NCBI GenBank assembly: GCA_965203805.1 | Contig: OZ241917.1 | Span: 4,544,001-4,608,000, forward strand | DNA length: 64,000 nt | Direction: 5' to 3' | DNA from: Candidatus Latescibacterota bacterium | GTDB taxonomy: Bacteria > Latescibacterota > UBA2968 > GCA-2709665 | In this document: positions 1-9,761 of the stretch, in pieces | Numbering within the stretch: position 1 is the stretch's first letter | Layout: each line of letters begins with the position of its first letter | Made by a program: the position numbers and the translations under genes | Notes under the pieces: generated by a model | The model's input: only the letters and a program-made list of their open reading frames with translations | Told to the model about the DNA's origin: nothing | Databases searched by the model: none

Positions 1-167
1 GCCGGGCAGTGTCCACAATCACGCAAAGAGTATGCGGGAAGGTTCCTGCTTATTCGCCAGAGATCAGGGAGCTACCCTTCTCTCGTGGTTTTCGGCTGTT
101 GTATTTGGCAGGCTACCCGACATGCGGGCTTTGCCTGATTGCGGACATTTGGAGTATATGTTATTAG

Positions 168-196
168 TTGACAAAACGCAAGAGGAAAAATAAATT
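168..196 (+). promoter_or_regulatory. sigma70-type promoter (TTGACA-17bp-TAAATT)
   Basis: TTGACA at 168-173, 17-bp spacer, TAAATT at 191-196, followed by GGAGG RBS (203-207) and ATG 214. Confidence 0.65.
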
Positions 197-213
197 TATA
201 CTGGAGGCTGGTT

Positions 214-384
214 ATGCAGAACGAATTGAGACAGCAAATGATACAGGAAGTTCTTGACGGGAAGGATGCCAAGGAGGTAGTTCGTGCATCGTTTACAGAA
301 GACGAGCCAGAGACAGAACCAGAGGAAGACAACAGTTTGGAAAACAGAGCAAAGAGGTTCCTTGAAAAACAACTGTCAAGTTAA
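214..384 (+). CDS. small acidic hypothetical protein (56 aa, MQNELRQQ...)
   Basis: Below the ORF-track cut-off; strong RBS and promoter directly upstream; TAA at 382-384. Confidence 0.55.
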   Translation: MQNELRQQMIQEVLDGKDAKEVVRASFTEDEPETEPEEDNSLENRAKRFLEKQLSS

Positions 385-405
385 GGGGAAATAAAGGGAG
401 ATTGT

Positions 406-624
406 ATGGCTGCTAAGAGAGGAAGACCCAGAAAAAACACAGAGGTTGGCAGTAGTGGTTACCACCCTACAGAAGAAGAGTTGAATGAGGACGTCAGTAT
501 CAATGCCTCTCCAGAGGAAGTTATACAGTCCCTGTTCCCCAAAAACCAACCAGTCGAGAAGTCCGGAAAAGGAGAACAGGTGAAAAAAGAATGGGACGAA
601 TGGCTCAAGAGTTTAAGAGCCTGA
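406..624 (+). CDS. small protein with N-terminal AT-hook-like motif
   Basis: KRGRPRK at N-terminus; GGGAG RBS; follows the 56-aa ORF. Confidence 0.55.
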   Translation: MAAKRGRPRKNTEVGSSGYHPTEEELNEDVSINASPEEVIQSLFPKNQPVEKSGKGEQVKKEWDEWLKSLRA

Positions 625-680
625 CTACAGAAAAACCCCTTTTATTCTTAGATTTTGGCACTTTAAGTTATAATCCCCAA

Positions 681-709
681 ATAATAACATCTTCCATGGA
701 AATTGTCAA
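681..709 (-). promoter_or_regulatory. sigma70-type promoter on minus strand (TTGACA-17bp-TATTAT)
   Basis: Plus-strand TGTCAA at 704-709 and ATAATA at 681-686; 17-bp spacer. Confidence 0.5.
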
Positions 710-810
710 TGGCAAAAAGTGCAGTCGAAAGAAAACATAAAACCACGTCGAACCGGGTTATTGTGTACGTAGACGGCTTCGTCCTGCGCCGACCGGTCAA
801 GTGGAATTGA
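709..810 (+). pseudogene. internally deleted NYN-domain gene remnant
   Basis: 33-aa ORF ...NRVIVYVDGF-VLRRPVKWN*: NYN-like N-terminal motif joined directly to a C-terminal-like motif. Confidence 0.45.
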
Positions 811-1010
811 GACTGTAAGGAAACGTTGTCGTACAGCGAGAAACTGATTCAGATTGTCCGAGCGCGCGACGTTGCAAAGGTGGTGTCCGCCGGAGAAGAG
901 CCGACCTGACGCGGCCGTTCAAATGTAACGCTGGTCTTGGAACCAGCGCGTCCGTAGAGCCGAAATGAGCTGAGAAACTGAAAGACATTTCCGCACCGGG
1001 GATAAGCGAA

Positions 1011-2543
1011 ATGGCCGACCCAACAGCACACGACTCGCTTGAACTCGAAGTGAACGATTTTGGACCGATAGTCAAGGCTAAAGTCGATTTACGTCCGCTG
1101 ACGGTATTCGTCGGCCCTAGCAATACTGGGAAATCGTATCTGGCGACATTAATCTATGCGCTGCATATGTATTTTACGGGTAGATCGATCACTTCTCGGT
1201 TCTTCTTGACCTATGAGAGGCTTCTTAATCTTGGTCCAACTTTTGTGGACAGGGAAACTCTCAACGCGCTTAACGAGTTTCTGATGGAAGTGACAAACTG
1301 GACGGGAGATATGTGGAGTAAAAAGGAAGTGGTTTTACCCATCCCAATTGTCAAGGCCATTTGTTCAATGTTTGAGTTACAGAACGATCAACTCCACAGT
1401 GAAATCGAGAGGTGCTTTGGCATCGACAGTGCCAGCGCACTCATCCGGAAAGGCAACAGGCGATGCGCGCGGATTGTATTGCGGAAATCTATTTCAGGGG
1501 AATCGGCATCGTTTGAACACGAACTGACACTGAAGTCGAACGCACCTGAATTCGTGACGGCGATGCGCAATGTGGAACAACTGAGGATTAAACTCGACGA
1601 CAGGAAAGAGTTCGTTGAGTACTACGACCGACTGAAGAGTACGTTTTTAATACCTGATAAAATGAGCCAGGATTCGTATCGACAAGCGCTGGGGCCAATC
1701 AACCATTTGCTTGGACTCGCGCTACCTTACCTATTGGGTTCGCTTTATCGCGCAGCATACTATCTCCCCGCCGATCGAACCGGCGTGATGAATAGCCATC
1801 AGGTCGTGGTGAGCGCGTTGATACAGAACGCTACAACTGCCGGGCTACGTCCCGATGAAGAAATTCCAATGCTGTCGGGTGTTTTGGGTGATTTTCTGCA
1901 AAACTTGCTCGTCTTGCCCAGCGCGGCAAATCGTCAACGCACGCCCAAGAAACATCTGGGTGCGCGAATTGAAGATCTGATTCTCGGCGGATCGATTCAA
2001 GTCGAGAGGTCGGAGTTGATCAGCTACCCGCACTTCACCTATACACCCGAGGGATGGAAACATCCGATGCCTTTGATGAATGCCTCTTCAATGGTATCGG
2101 AAATCGCGCCGGTCGTGATGTTTCTTCGCCATCTGGTTAACCCCGGCACTATGCTCGTAATCGAAGAACCCGAATCACACATGCATCCGGCGATGCAGGT
2201 GGAATTCACTCGTCAAATCGCCACGCTGGTTAGGGCGGGCGTCAGGGTAATCGTCACCACGCACAGCGAGTGGGTTCTGGAGGAACTCGCGAACATCGTG
2301 CGACGCTCCGAACTTCCCAAGTCTCGTCGAAAGGAGATGCGCCACGGCGAATTTGCCCTTCGTCCCGATCAGGTGGGGGCATGGCTGTTCAAGCCGAAGC
2401 GCCGACCAAAGGGATCGGTCGTCGAAGAAATTCGATTCGACCCCGATGCAGGTGGGCTTGAAAGCGATTTCAACGAAGTTGGCCGACAATTATACAATGA
2501 TTGGGCGACGATCGGTAACCGTATTGCAGGAAACACCGAATAA
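1011..2543 (+). CDS. ABC-type ATPase (AAA_15/AAA_21 family), defence-associated
   Basis: Walker A GPSNTGKS, signature-like ASSMV, Walker B VIEEPESHMHP, H-loop TTHS. Confidence 0.9.
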   Translation: MADPTAHDSLELEVNDFGPIVKAKVDLRPLTVFVGPSNTGKSYLATLIYALHMYFTGRSITSRFFLTYERLLNLGPTFVDRETLNALNEFLMEVTNWTGDMWSKKEVVLPIPIVKAICSMFELQNDQLHSEIERCFGIDSASALIRKGNRRCARIVLRKSISGESASFEHELTLKSNAPEFVTAMRNVEQLRIKLDDRKEFVEYYDRLKSTFLIPDKMSQDSYRQALGPINHLLGLALPYLLGSLYRAAYYLPADRTGVMNSHQVVVSALIQNATTAGLRPDEEIPMLSGVLGDFLQNLLVLPSAANRQRTPKKHLGARIEDLILGGSIQVERSELISYPHFTYTPEGWKHPMPLMNASSMVSEIAPVVMFLRHLVNPGTMLVIEEPESHMHPAMQVEFTRQIATLVRAGVRVIVTTHSEWVLEELANIVRRSELPKSRRKEMRHGEFALRPDQVGAWLFKPKRRPKGSVVEEIRFDPDAGGLESDFNEVGRQLYNDWATIGNRIAGNTE

Positions 2544-3010
2544 TGTGTCGCGTGGTCGACCGGTTGAAAGACGGACTTCCTGAAGGGGCCATCGTTAAGA
2601 GATGCTCGGCCGAGGGGTGCGCTGTTCCGTTGAAAGATGCCCCTGCGCCGCATCTGATTATGGATCTGGATCACCCTTTTTTCCGGCTGAAGGACAAGAT
2701 CCATTGCGATTTTCTGTTTATCAGTTGTGACTGCAATGTTGGATACAACTGGGTTGTTCCTCTGGAACTGAAAGGTGGCAGTCCTGATGCAACAGAAATG
2801 GTATCGCAGCTAATGGCAGGGTCAAATTTCGCGCAAGCCTGGATACCGGAAGATCACAAGATCCAGTTCCGCCCCGTGGGCGTCTTTGGTGGCCGCTTGC
2901 ATAAATTCCAAAGAGACAAGCTTAGAAGGGCTCGCATTTTGTATCGAAGGAAACGGTACGAAGTCAAACTCATACGATGTGGGACGCCGTTAGTTGTTGC
3001 TCTTGCGTAA
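2543..3010 (+). CDS. putative PD-(D/E)xK-type nuclease partner of the ATPase
   Basis: TAATG overlap with ATPase stop; CDFLFI...PLELKGG motif. Confidence 0.6.
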   Translation: MCRVVDRLKDGLPEGAIVKRCSAEGCAVPLKDAPAPHLIMDLDHPFFRLKDKIHCDFLFISCDCNVGYNWVVPLELKGGSPDATEMVSQLMAGSNFAQAWIPEDHKIQFRPVGVFGGRLHKFQRDKLRRARILYRRKRYEVKLIRCGTPLVVALA

Positions 3011-3021
3011 GAGAAAACCAT

Positions 3022-6000
3022 ATGACTGTTACTAGAAAGAAACTCATCGAAGTCGCCCTGCCGCTTGACGCGATCAACGCTGCGTCGGCTCGAGAAAAGT
3101 CGATCCGCCACGGCCACCCCAGCACCCTGCACCTCTGGTGGGCGCGACGGCCATTGGCGGCGGCGCGCGCTGTAATCTTCGCGCAGATAGTGGACGATCC
3201 GTCGGCCTGTCCGGAGGAGTTTCCAACTGAAGCGGACCAGGAAAAGGAGCGGCAGCGCCTGTTCCGGCTCATCGGGGAACTGGTAAAGTGGGAAAACACC
3301 ACCAACGAGGCCGTGTTGGAACGGGCACGTAAGGAAATCCGAAGGAGTTGGCGGAGGACGTGCGCAGACAATCGGGACCATCCACGCGCCGATGAGTTGT
3401 TCGACCCGGACAAGCTACCGGCCTTCCACGATCCTTTCGCCGGCGGCGGCGCGTTGCCGCTGGAAGCCCAGCGCCTTGGCCTGGAAGCCCACGCCAGCGA
3501 CCTCAATCCGGTGGCTGTGCTTATCAACAAAGCAATGATCGAAATTCCGCCGAAATTTGCGGGCAGACCGCCGGTCAACCCGGAGGCACGGGAGAAGTAT
3601 CTCGGCGCAGGGACATCCCATTCGACGAAACCCTTGCTGGGAGCGCGGGCGCCTGCCTGTGCGTTGCACGCAGACAGGTCCCGCCCGCATAGGGTCTGGC
3701 ACAGCCGCGGATATCTTCCTCATTTGGATCAATCCGAAATCATACAATGCATCACATTTCGCTTGGCGGATTCAATTCCAGCCAATGTTATTGCCGCCTG
3801 GAAGAGCGAATTGGCGCTTTCGGGTGAGGAACCAGCGAGCGATCCGCGTTGTGTGGAATTACGAAAAAAGATCGAACGATACGCCGGTCAGGGACACGGC
3901 GCTTGCTGGCTACAGGACGAGCGGATAGCAGATCAAGTCGAAAGGGCGCTATTGCACTTCGACGGCGTACGGTATCGCTTACTATCGTGGGCCATTATGC
4001 CCAATCACGTGCACGCATTGATCGAAACGACGGCCGGCTTTCCACTTGAAGGCGTCATTCATTCGTGGAAGTCTTACACAGCCAAGCAAATTAACAAGAT
4101 TCTCGGACGGCGCGGCCAGGTCTGGGAAGAGGATTACTTCGATCGTTATATCCGCGATCAGAAACATCTCGCTAACGAAATAGACTATATTGAGCAGAAC
4201 CCCGTGAAAGCCGGGCTTGTTGACAAGGCAACTGAATGGCCGTGGAGCAGTGCTGCAAGGAATGCGGAAGGAGCGAAATTTACGGGAGTTACAGAGGAAC
4301 ATGCGGACGGGACGGTGCTTGACGGAGTAAGAAAAAAGCATGCGGACGGGACGTCCGCGCTCCCAGGATTATGGACCGGTGCGAAGGGACTTGCGGAGGA
4401 CGTCCGTTACTACGGTCAGTGGATGCGCGACGAAGCCGAGAAACGTATAGGGCATCTTTATCCGAAGGTCGAAGTAACTCCTGAAATGGCGCAGGAACGT
4501 CCAGACCTTAAACAATACGAGGGCCGAAAGTTGACGGTGATTGCGTGGCTGTGGGCGCGTACGGTCAAGAGTCCGAATCCGGCATTTGCGGATGTCAATG
4601 TACCGCTCGTATCGACGTTCAGGCTATCGACAAAGAAAGGAAAAGAGGCATACGTCGAGCCGGAGATAGAGGGGCGCAGTTATCGGTTTGCGGTTCGGGT
4701 TGGGAGTCCAACGGACCCTGAGGCGGCCAAGCGGGGCACGACAGCGGGTAAACGTCAGGCATTTCGTTGCCTGATGTCTGGTGTGCCGGTACCGTACGAC
4801 CACGTTCGAAACGAGGGTAAGGCCGGACGAATGGACGCGCGATTGATGGCTGTTGTAGCCGAGGGTGATAGGGGAAGAGTATATCTGTCGCCGACAAGAG
4901 AACATGAATCAATCGCGAGAAAAGCAAACCCCGAATGGAAGCCTGAGTTGGCTCTTCCCAACAACCCGCGGGACTTCAAAACCCCGAATTACGGTCTTCC
5001 CACTTTCGCAGACCTATTCACCGACCGCCAACTCGTTGCGTTGATCACCTTTTCCGATCTCGTAGGGGAGGCATTGAAGCGAGTCAAGCGCGATTACCTT
5101 GCCGCGCGGGTCCCCGACAGACATCTGGTCGGGACACCAAAGTCACCGGATAATAACGCGCGCCTGCGTGAGGGAGGTAACGGCGCGTCAGCGTACGCGC
5201 AGGCAGTTGGTACGTATCTCAGTCTTGGGGTAAGCAAATTGTCCGACGCTCAATCATCGCTATGCCGATGGAAAGCCACAATGAATCAGTCGATTGCTAC
5301 GTTTGGACGACAGGCATTGCCCATGGTCTGGGACTACTCTGAGGCGAATGTGTTTGCTGGAATGGCCGGCGATCCTCTCGTGTCGATCAATAACATGATG
5401 CGCGTGGTTGACGAATTGCCGACTTCGATAGGTGGGCGGGCAAATCAGGGACCCGCACAATCTCTGGTACGTGATGATTCTCCCGTCGTCTCTACTGACC
5501 CCCCGTACTACGATAATGTCGGTTATGCCGATTTATCGGACTACTTTTACGTCTGGTTACGGCATTCGATTAGATCGAAATATCCAGAATTGTTCGCCAC
5601 ACTTGCGGTTCCTAAGACTGAAGAACTGGTCGCAACACCTTATCGTCACGGAAGCAAAGAAAAGGCGGAGACGTTTTTTCTGGACGGCATGGTTCAGGCT
5701 ATGAAATGCCTCGCTGAACAGTCGCATCCAGGCTTCCCGGTTTCGATTTACTACGCCTTCAAGCAGTCCGAAACAAAAGGTGAATTTGGTACATCCAGCA
5801 CCGGCTGGGAGACATTTTTGGATGCGGTAATCCGAGCCGGATTCACCGTCACAGGCACTTGGCCGATACGGACCGAGTTAAGCAATCGTATGATCGGATC
5901 AGGAAAAAACGCTCTCGCTTCCAGCATTGTCCTCGTCTGTCGCAAGCGTTTGGCTGGGGCTCCACTGGCAACCCGTCGAGAATTCGCAGCCGCATTGCGG

Positions 6001-6684
6001 GAAGAGCTTCCCGGTGCTATTGCGCAATTGCAAAGCGGTAACATTGCGCCAGTAGACCTTGCCCAGTCGGCAATTGGACCTGGGATGGCAGTGTATACTC
6101 GGTACTCCAAAGTGCTTGACGCGCAGGGCAACCGCGTATCGGTGGGCGATGCTCTTGCGCTGATCAATCAGACTCTGGACGAAGTACTCGCCGAACAGGA
6201 AGGAGAATTTGACTCTGACACCCGTTGGGCACTCGCCTGGTTCGAGCAGAACGGGTTCGATGAGGGGGAGTTTGGCGTGGCAGAGACCCTGTCCAAAGCA
6301 AAAAACACTAGCATCGACGGCATCGTTGAAGGAGGAATTCTCGCCTCACGCGCGGGCAGGGTTCGACTGTTGCGCCCAAACGAGTTGGCACGTGATTGGG
6401 AGCCAACCACGGACAAACGTCTCACTGTGTGGGAAGCAGTCCAATATCTGGTCCACGCCCTCGAATCCAGCGGCGAATTCGCCGCTGCTAAGCTGGTTCA
6501 TCAACTCGGCGGTCTCGCCGAAACCGCGCGCGAATTGGCTTATCGACTATATACGATATGTGAGCGCAAGAATCGCGCCGATGAAGCCCGATCCTACAAT
6601 GGCCTCGTGCAGAGTTGGCCGGAAATCGCTAGATTGGCGCGGGAACGGGCACCGGCGGAGCAAAGCGAGTTGTTTGGGGATTGA
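3022..6684 (+). CDS. DUF1156 adenine-specific DNA methyltransferase with in-frame RAYT/Y1 transposase insertion
   Basis: KKLIEVALPL...HLWWARRPLAAAR N-terminus, DPFAGGG SAM motif, TDPPYYD catalytic motif; ATG 3022 preferred over 2977. Confidence 0.92.
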   Translation: MTVTRKKLIEVALPLDAINAASAREKSIRHGHPSTLHLWWARRPLAAARAVIFAQIVDDPSACPEEFPTEADQEKERQRLFRLIGELVKWENTTNEAVLERARKEIRRSWRRTCADNRDHPRADELFDPDKLPAFHDPFAGGGALPLEAQRLGLEAHASDLNPVAVLINKAMIEIPPKFAGRPPVNPEAREKYLGAGTSHSTKPLLGARAPACALHADRSRPHRVWHSRGYLPHLDQSEIIQCITFRLADSIPANVIAAWKSELALSGEEPASDPRCVELRKKIERYAGQGHGACWLQDERIADQVERALLHFDGVRYRLLSWAIMPNHVHALIETTAGFPLEGVIHSWKSYTAKQINKILGRRGQVWEEDYFDRYIRDQKHLANEIDYIEQNPVKAGLVDKATEWPWSSAARNAEGAKFTGVTEEHADGTVLDGVRKKHADGTSALPGLWTGAKGLAEDVRYYGQWMRDEAEKRIGHLYPKVEVTPEMAQERPDLKQYEGRKLTVIAWLWARTVKSPNPAFADVNVPLVSTFRLSTKKGKEAYVEPEIEGRSYRFAVRVGSPTDPEAAKRGTTAGKRQAFRCLMSGVPVPYDHVRNEGKAGRMDARLMAVVAEGDRGRVYLSPTREHESIARKANPEWKPELALPNNPRDFKTPNYGLPTFADLFTDRQLVALITFSDLVGEALKRVKRDYLAARVPDRHLVGTPKSPDNNARLREGGNGASAYAQAVGTYLSLGVSKLSDAQSSLCRWKATMNQSIATFGRQALPMVWDYSEANVFAGMAGDPLVSINNMMRVVDELPTSIGGRANQGPAQSLVRDDSPVVSTDPPYYDNVGYADLSDYFYVWLRHSIRSKYPELFATLAVPKTEELVATPYRHGSKEKAETFFLDGMVQAMKCLAEQSHPGFPVSIYYAFKQSETKGEFGTSSTGWETFLDAVIRAGFTVTGTWPIRTELSNRMIGSGKNALASSIVLVCRKRLAGAPLATRREFAAALREELPGAIAQLQSGNIAPVDLAQSAIGPGMAVYTRYSKVLDAQGNRVSVGDALALINQTLDEVLAEQEGEFDSDTRWALAWFEQNGFDEGEFGVAETLSKAKNTSIDGIVEGGILASRAGRVRLLRPNELARDWEPTTDKRLTVWEAVQYLVHALESSGEFAAAKLVHQLGGLAETARELAYRLYTICERKNRADEARSYNGLVQSWPEIARLARERAPAEQSELFGD
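3598..4368 (+). mobile_element. REP-associated tyrosine transposase (RAYT/TnpA Y1, HUH) unit embedded in the MTase
   Basis: WHSRGYLPH, ITFRLADS, MPNHVH (HUH, 3997-4014), WKSYTAK, WEEDYFDRYIR, YIEQNPVKAGL, WPWSS; flanked by inverted REP-like ends; boundaries approximate. Confidence 0.85.
4261..4367. repeat. 39-bp-period tandem REP-like units ending in a GCGGAC-GGGAC-GTCCGC hairpin
   Basis: ATGCGGA at 4262, 4301 and 4340; the reverse complement of the last unit (CTGGGAGCGCGG) matches 3637-3648. Confidence 0.75.
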
Positions 6685-7529
6685 GGCTGGAAACGCTTCG
6701 CGAAGAGTCGGACACCTGGAAGCGTAAACGCCATTCGTACAAGTGTAAGAGAAGCATGCCCACAATCTTAGCCCTCTAGCGTTTCCATTCGACCTGCGGT
6801 CTGAATGCAATGCAGAGTTTACGTATCGGGTCTGCAGCATGAGCATTTTGCAAAGTCTACGCCGGATTCGTCGGACCGGCCAGCGTGTGAGGAGAGAGGC
6901 TCGAAATTGGGGCCGTGAGTCCATAGGGTTCATCAATCTCAATTGGCGCCATCTTGTGATTTCTGTCACGTTGATGGCTATTTTGTGGATCGGCACCTCG
7001 AGGCTTATAGATATCTGGAACTGGCTAGCCACCGACTTCTGGACTTGGCTGCGAATGGGCTCGAATGGGACCGAAACCCACAGCACGACCCTTCGCAATG
7101 TCGGTTTGCTCTTTGGCGGGGTATTGGCCTTACTGGTTGCGTTGTGGCGCAGTTGGGTAGCAGAGCGGCAAGCCAGAATTGCACAGCGAAATCTATTGAA
7201 CGAACGCTATCGACAAGGTGCCGAAATGCTTGACAGCAAAGTCTTGGCAGTTCGCTTGGGTGGGATCTACGCACTACAGCGTCTCGCAGCGGACAATCCG
7301 AAGAAATATCACATACAAATCATGCAGCTATTGTGTGCATTTGTACGTCATCCACCTGCCGTCGACGGCGAGAAGAATGAACCGTTTGCAGGCAACCAAA
7401 CCGATCTCGAATTGCGCAATGACGTGCAAGATGCCATAAACTCAATCAGCACATGCCATGCGCGACAGACCAAACTGGAGGTTGCAGCGGGCTTTCGACT
7501 AGTGGTCCATTTCGGAAGTATGTATCAGG

Positions 7530-8680
7530 TTAGGCAGCGATCTTGAGTTCGCGGAGCCTTTCTTCAAGGTCGCATTTGGTGAATCGCCATTTGAAGGGTC
7601 TCGAAGTTTGGTTATAGCGACGCTGAAATCCGAGGATGCGGTCTTCCATTTGCTTTCTGGTTGCGAGGTCGTTGGGCGTGAGCGCCTTTCTTTGAAGGAT
7701 GGAGAAGTAGATCTCGATCTGGTTGAGCCCTGCCTGCGGCAGGCAGGCAGCTTGCGTGGACGGGAAGATGGATGGCGATCAGGTTCGGGTAGGCGTTTTT
7801 GAGTCGTGCAGGGGAGGTCGACGGGTGATGGGAAGGCCCATTGTCGAGGATCCAGAACACGCGTTGTGCCGAAGCATAGGGTTCCTGCTTCATCACGAGG
7901 TCGACCAGCCTCTGAAAGGGTTCGATACCCGTGGTTTGATCCACACGACCAAAGACCCTTCCGCTCCTGATATCGAGTGCGGCCAGGTAGGCCACGGTCC
8001 CGTGGCGCTTGTAGTCGGACTCACAGTGAATCGGTTTTCCCGGTCCCGGAGGTGAAGAAGGGAACTCCCGCTCCAGGATCTGGAGCTGCGATTTCTCGTC
8101 CGCACTGAGAACGTAGTCTTTGGGCCCCAGGGGCGCGCCCTCATAATCCCCTTGATACAGATCCAAAACAGGGCCCGCTTTTTCCAGAAAGCGTGGATCT
8201 TTGATCGAGATCCACGATCGGTGAAACCAGGGACGAATGGCGTCCCGTTTGAGGAGACGCCACAGCGTGCTTTTAGAGATCGACAGGCTTGTCTCGGAAC
8301 GGATTTCCTGAAGCAGTTCCGCGAGGCTGAAGCGGGATAGCGGGATCTCCCGCACGGCTGGCAATTGGCAGGCGATGGCCTTAATTTCAGCGACGCGTTC
8401 GGGGGGGAAAAACCGGAGGCCTTCCACTACGAGGCCGATCCAGCAGTGAAAAACCCTCTGTAGCCCAGCGCTTTCGCCATTTCATCACCGTTCTGGGGTG
8501 CACGCCAACTGCTTGCGCAAGACGCTCGTGCGAGATATCCGGATGCTCCCACAAAACCAAGACCATCTTGGCCCTGTAAACAAGGGCGCTGGGGGCCGTT
8601 CGTTGTCGGGCTATCCTACCCGCTTCCGCGATATCCTGTGTCTCAAACTGCGGTTGATACTTCGGCTTCGGTCCAGGCAT
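7530..8680 (-). pseudogene. IS630 transposase (HTH orfA + DDE orfB) frameshifted by a 19-bp insert
   Basis: DRPRSGRP HTH end, GGTTTTTCCCCCCC slippery site near 8401-8414, SADEK, ILDN, HAS(W)LNQIE broken at 7729-7747. Confidence 0.88.
7729..7747. repeat. 19-bp palindromic insert CCTGCCTGCGGCAGGCAGG
   Basis: Removing it restores HASWLNQIEIYF and an open frame to the stop at 7530. Confidence 0.9.
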
Positions 8681-9761
8681 CGGTTACCTCCCAACACGGG
8701 CGGGGAGACAACCCTATTATAAGAACGCTACCGGCTACAGACAACATTATACCAATTTCTGAAATCGACCACTAGATCTGCGTGGCGTGAATCTGCGCGG
8801 TGCGGTTTTGCTCAAAGCACGGCTCAGCAAAGCGAATCTATCCAAAGCTGACCTAACCGGGGCGGCGCTAAGCGATGCCGATTTGGCTGGTGCAATCTTT
8901 GGCCACGCGATTTTAAACGATGCACGGCTTAACGGTGCAGACTTAAGCGGTAGCAAATTCAACAATGCACAAATGTGCAGAACCCAACTCCCCGGTGCGA
9001 ACCTGGCTAAATCGGACCTCTCGAACGCAGAACTCGAAGGTGCCCGAGTGTCCGAAGCGAAATTGTCAAAGGCAAACCTCTACAGAGCGAACCTAACCGG
9101 TGCATTCCTCCAGAACTCCGATTTGTCGGAGGCAAGGCTTCAATGCGCGAATTTGACCGCCGCATGGCTATATAATGCTAAGTTGGCAGGGGTGAATCTT
9201 TCAAACGCAATATTAAGCGAAGCGGACTTTAGTGGGTCAGATCTTTTGAATGCGAACCTCTCCAATGCCAATGTGTCCAACACACGGCTTTTCCCATTGC
9301 GACCTACATCGCCCCGAGTAGGCGAGAGACCGATTCGACGAGAGATCCCGACGAAACTCACTCAGGCTCAGCTTGATGTCGCCTGCGCAGAACCTGAGAA
9401 ACCACCAAAGCTGGGTGATGCCGTGGATGCGGAAACTGGCAATCCACTGGTCTGGCGTGGCAAGTCTCTGAACAGGCAAAGGTAGACGTATGAAAGTGCG
9501 CGATCTTTATTGTAGCCTGCGTCTGAGCTTGCAGTGACCCATAATTAAAATAAGTATCTCGTATCAAATGAATGTTTGGATGTCTGGGGATGGCGCGTCT
9601 GGCGACGTTCTCTACATTCTGCACCGAGCCGGTCGCCGCAACGTGTGCTGCACGAACAGTTCGGGTTGTTCGGTGAAGGAACCGACAAGCAATTGAGAAA
9701 AAGACGTAGTCGCTATCGAATTTCGTGCGGCAAATCTACGGGTGAGAAGGGAGAAAAAATC

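Larger units (their letters stand above)
7502..8772 (-). mobile_element. IS630-family element 1
   Basis: IRs GTGGTCCATTTCGGAA / GTGGTCGATTTCAGAA; TA duplication (7500-7501, 8773-8774) in a CTAG target. Confidence 0.93.
6839..9485 (+). pseudogene. membrane-anchored pentapeptide-repeat protein interrupted by IS630
   Basis: Joining 6839-7501 to 8775-9485 gives one 457-aa frame (GFRL|DLRGVNL); two N-terminal hydrophobic helices, VRLGGIYAL motif, A(D/N)Lxx repeats. Confidence 0.88.

Noticed and set aside
72-332. 86-aa minus-strand ORF
   Set aside because: Overlaps the better-supported + promoter, RBS and ORF and has no motif; may only reflect antisense sequence
3598-4368. Intein or intron explanation for the MTase insert
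   Set aside because: No C/S start or HN-C/S/T end; the insert is almost entirely RAYT coding sequence, leaving no room for a ribozyme
9576-9761. N-terminal extensions in the ORF track (also at 2977, 34364, 55454, 57385, 59903)
   Set aside because: Downstream starts have an RBS or overlap coupling and match the expected family N-termini
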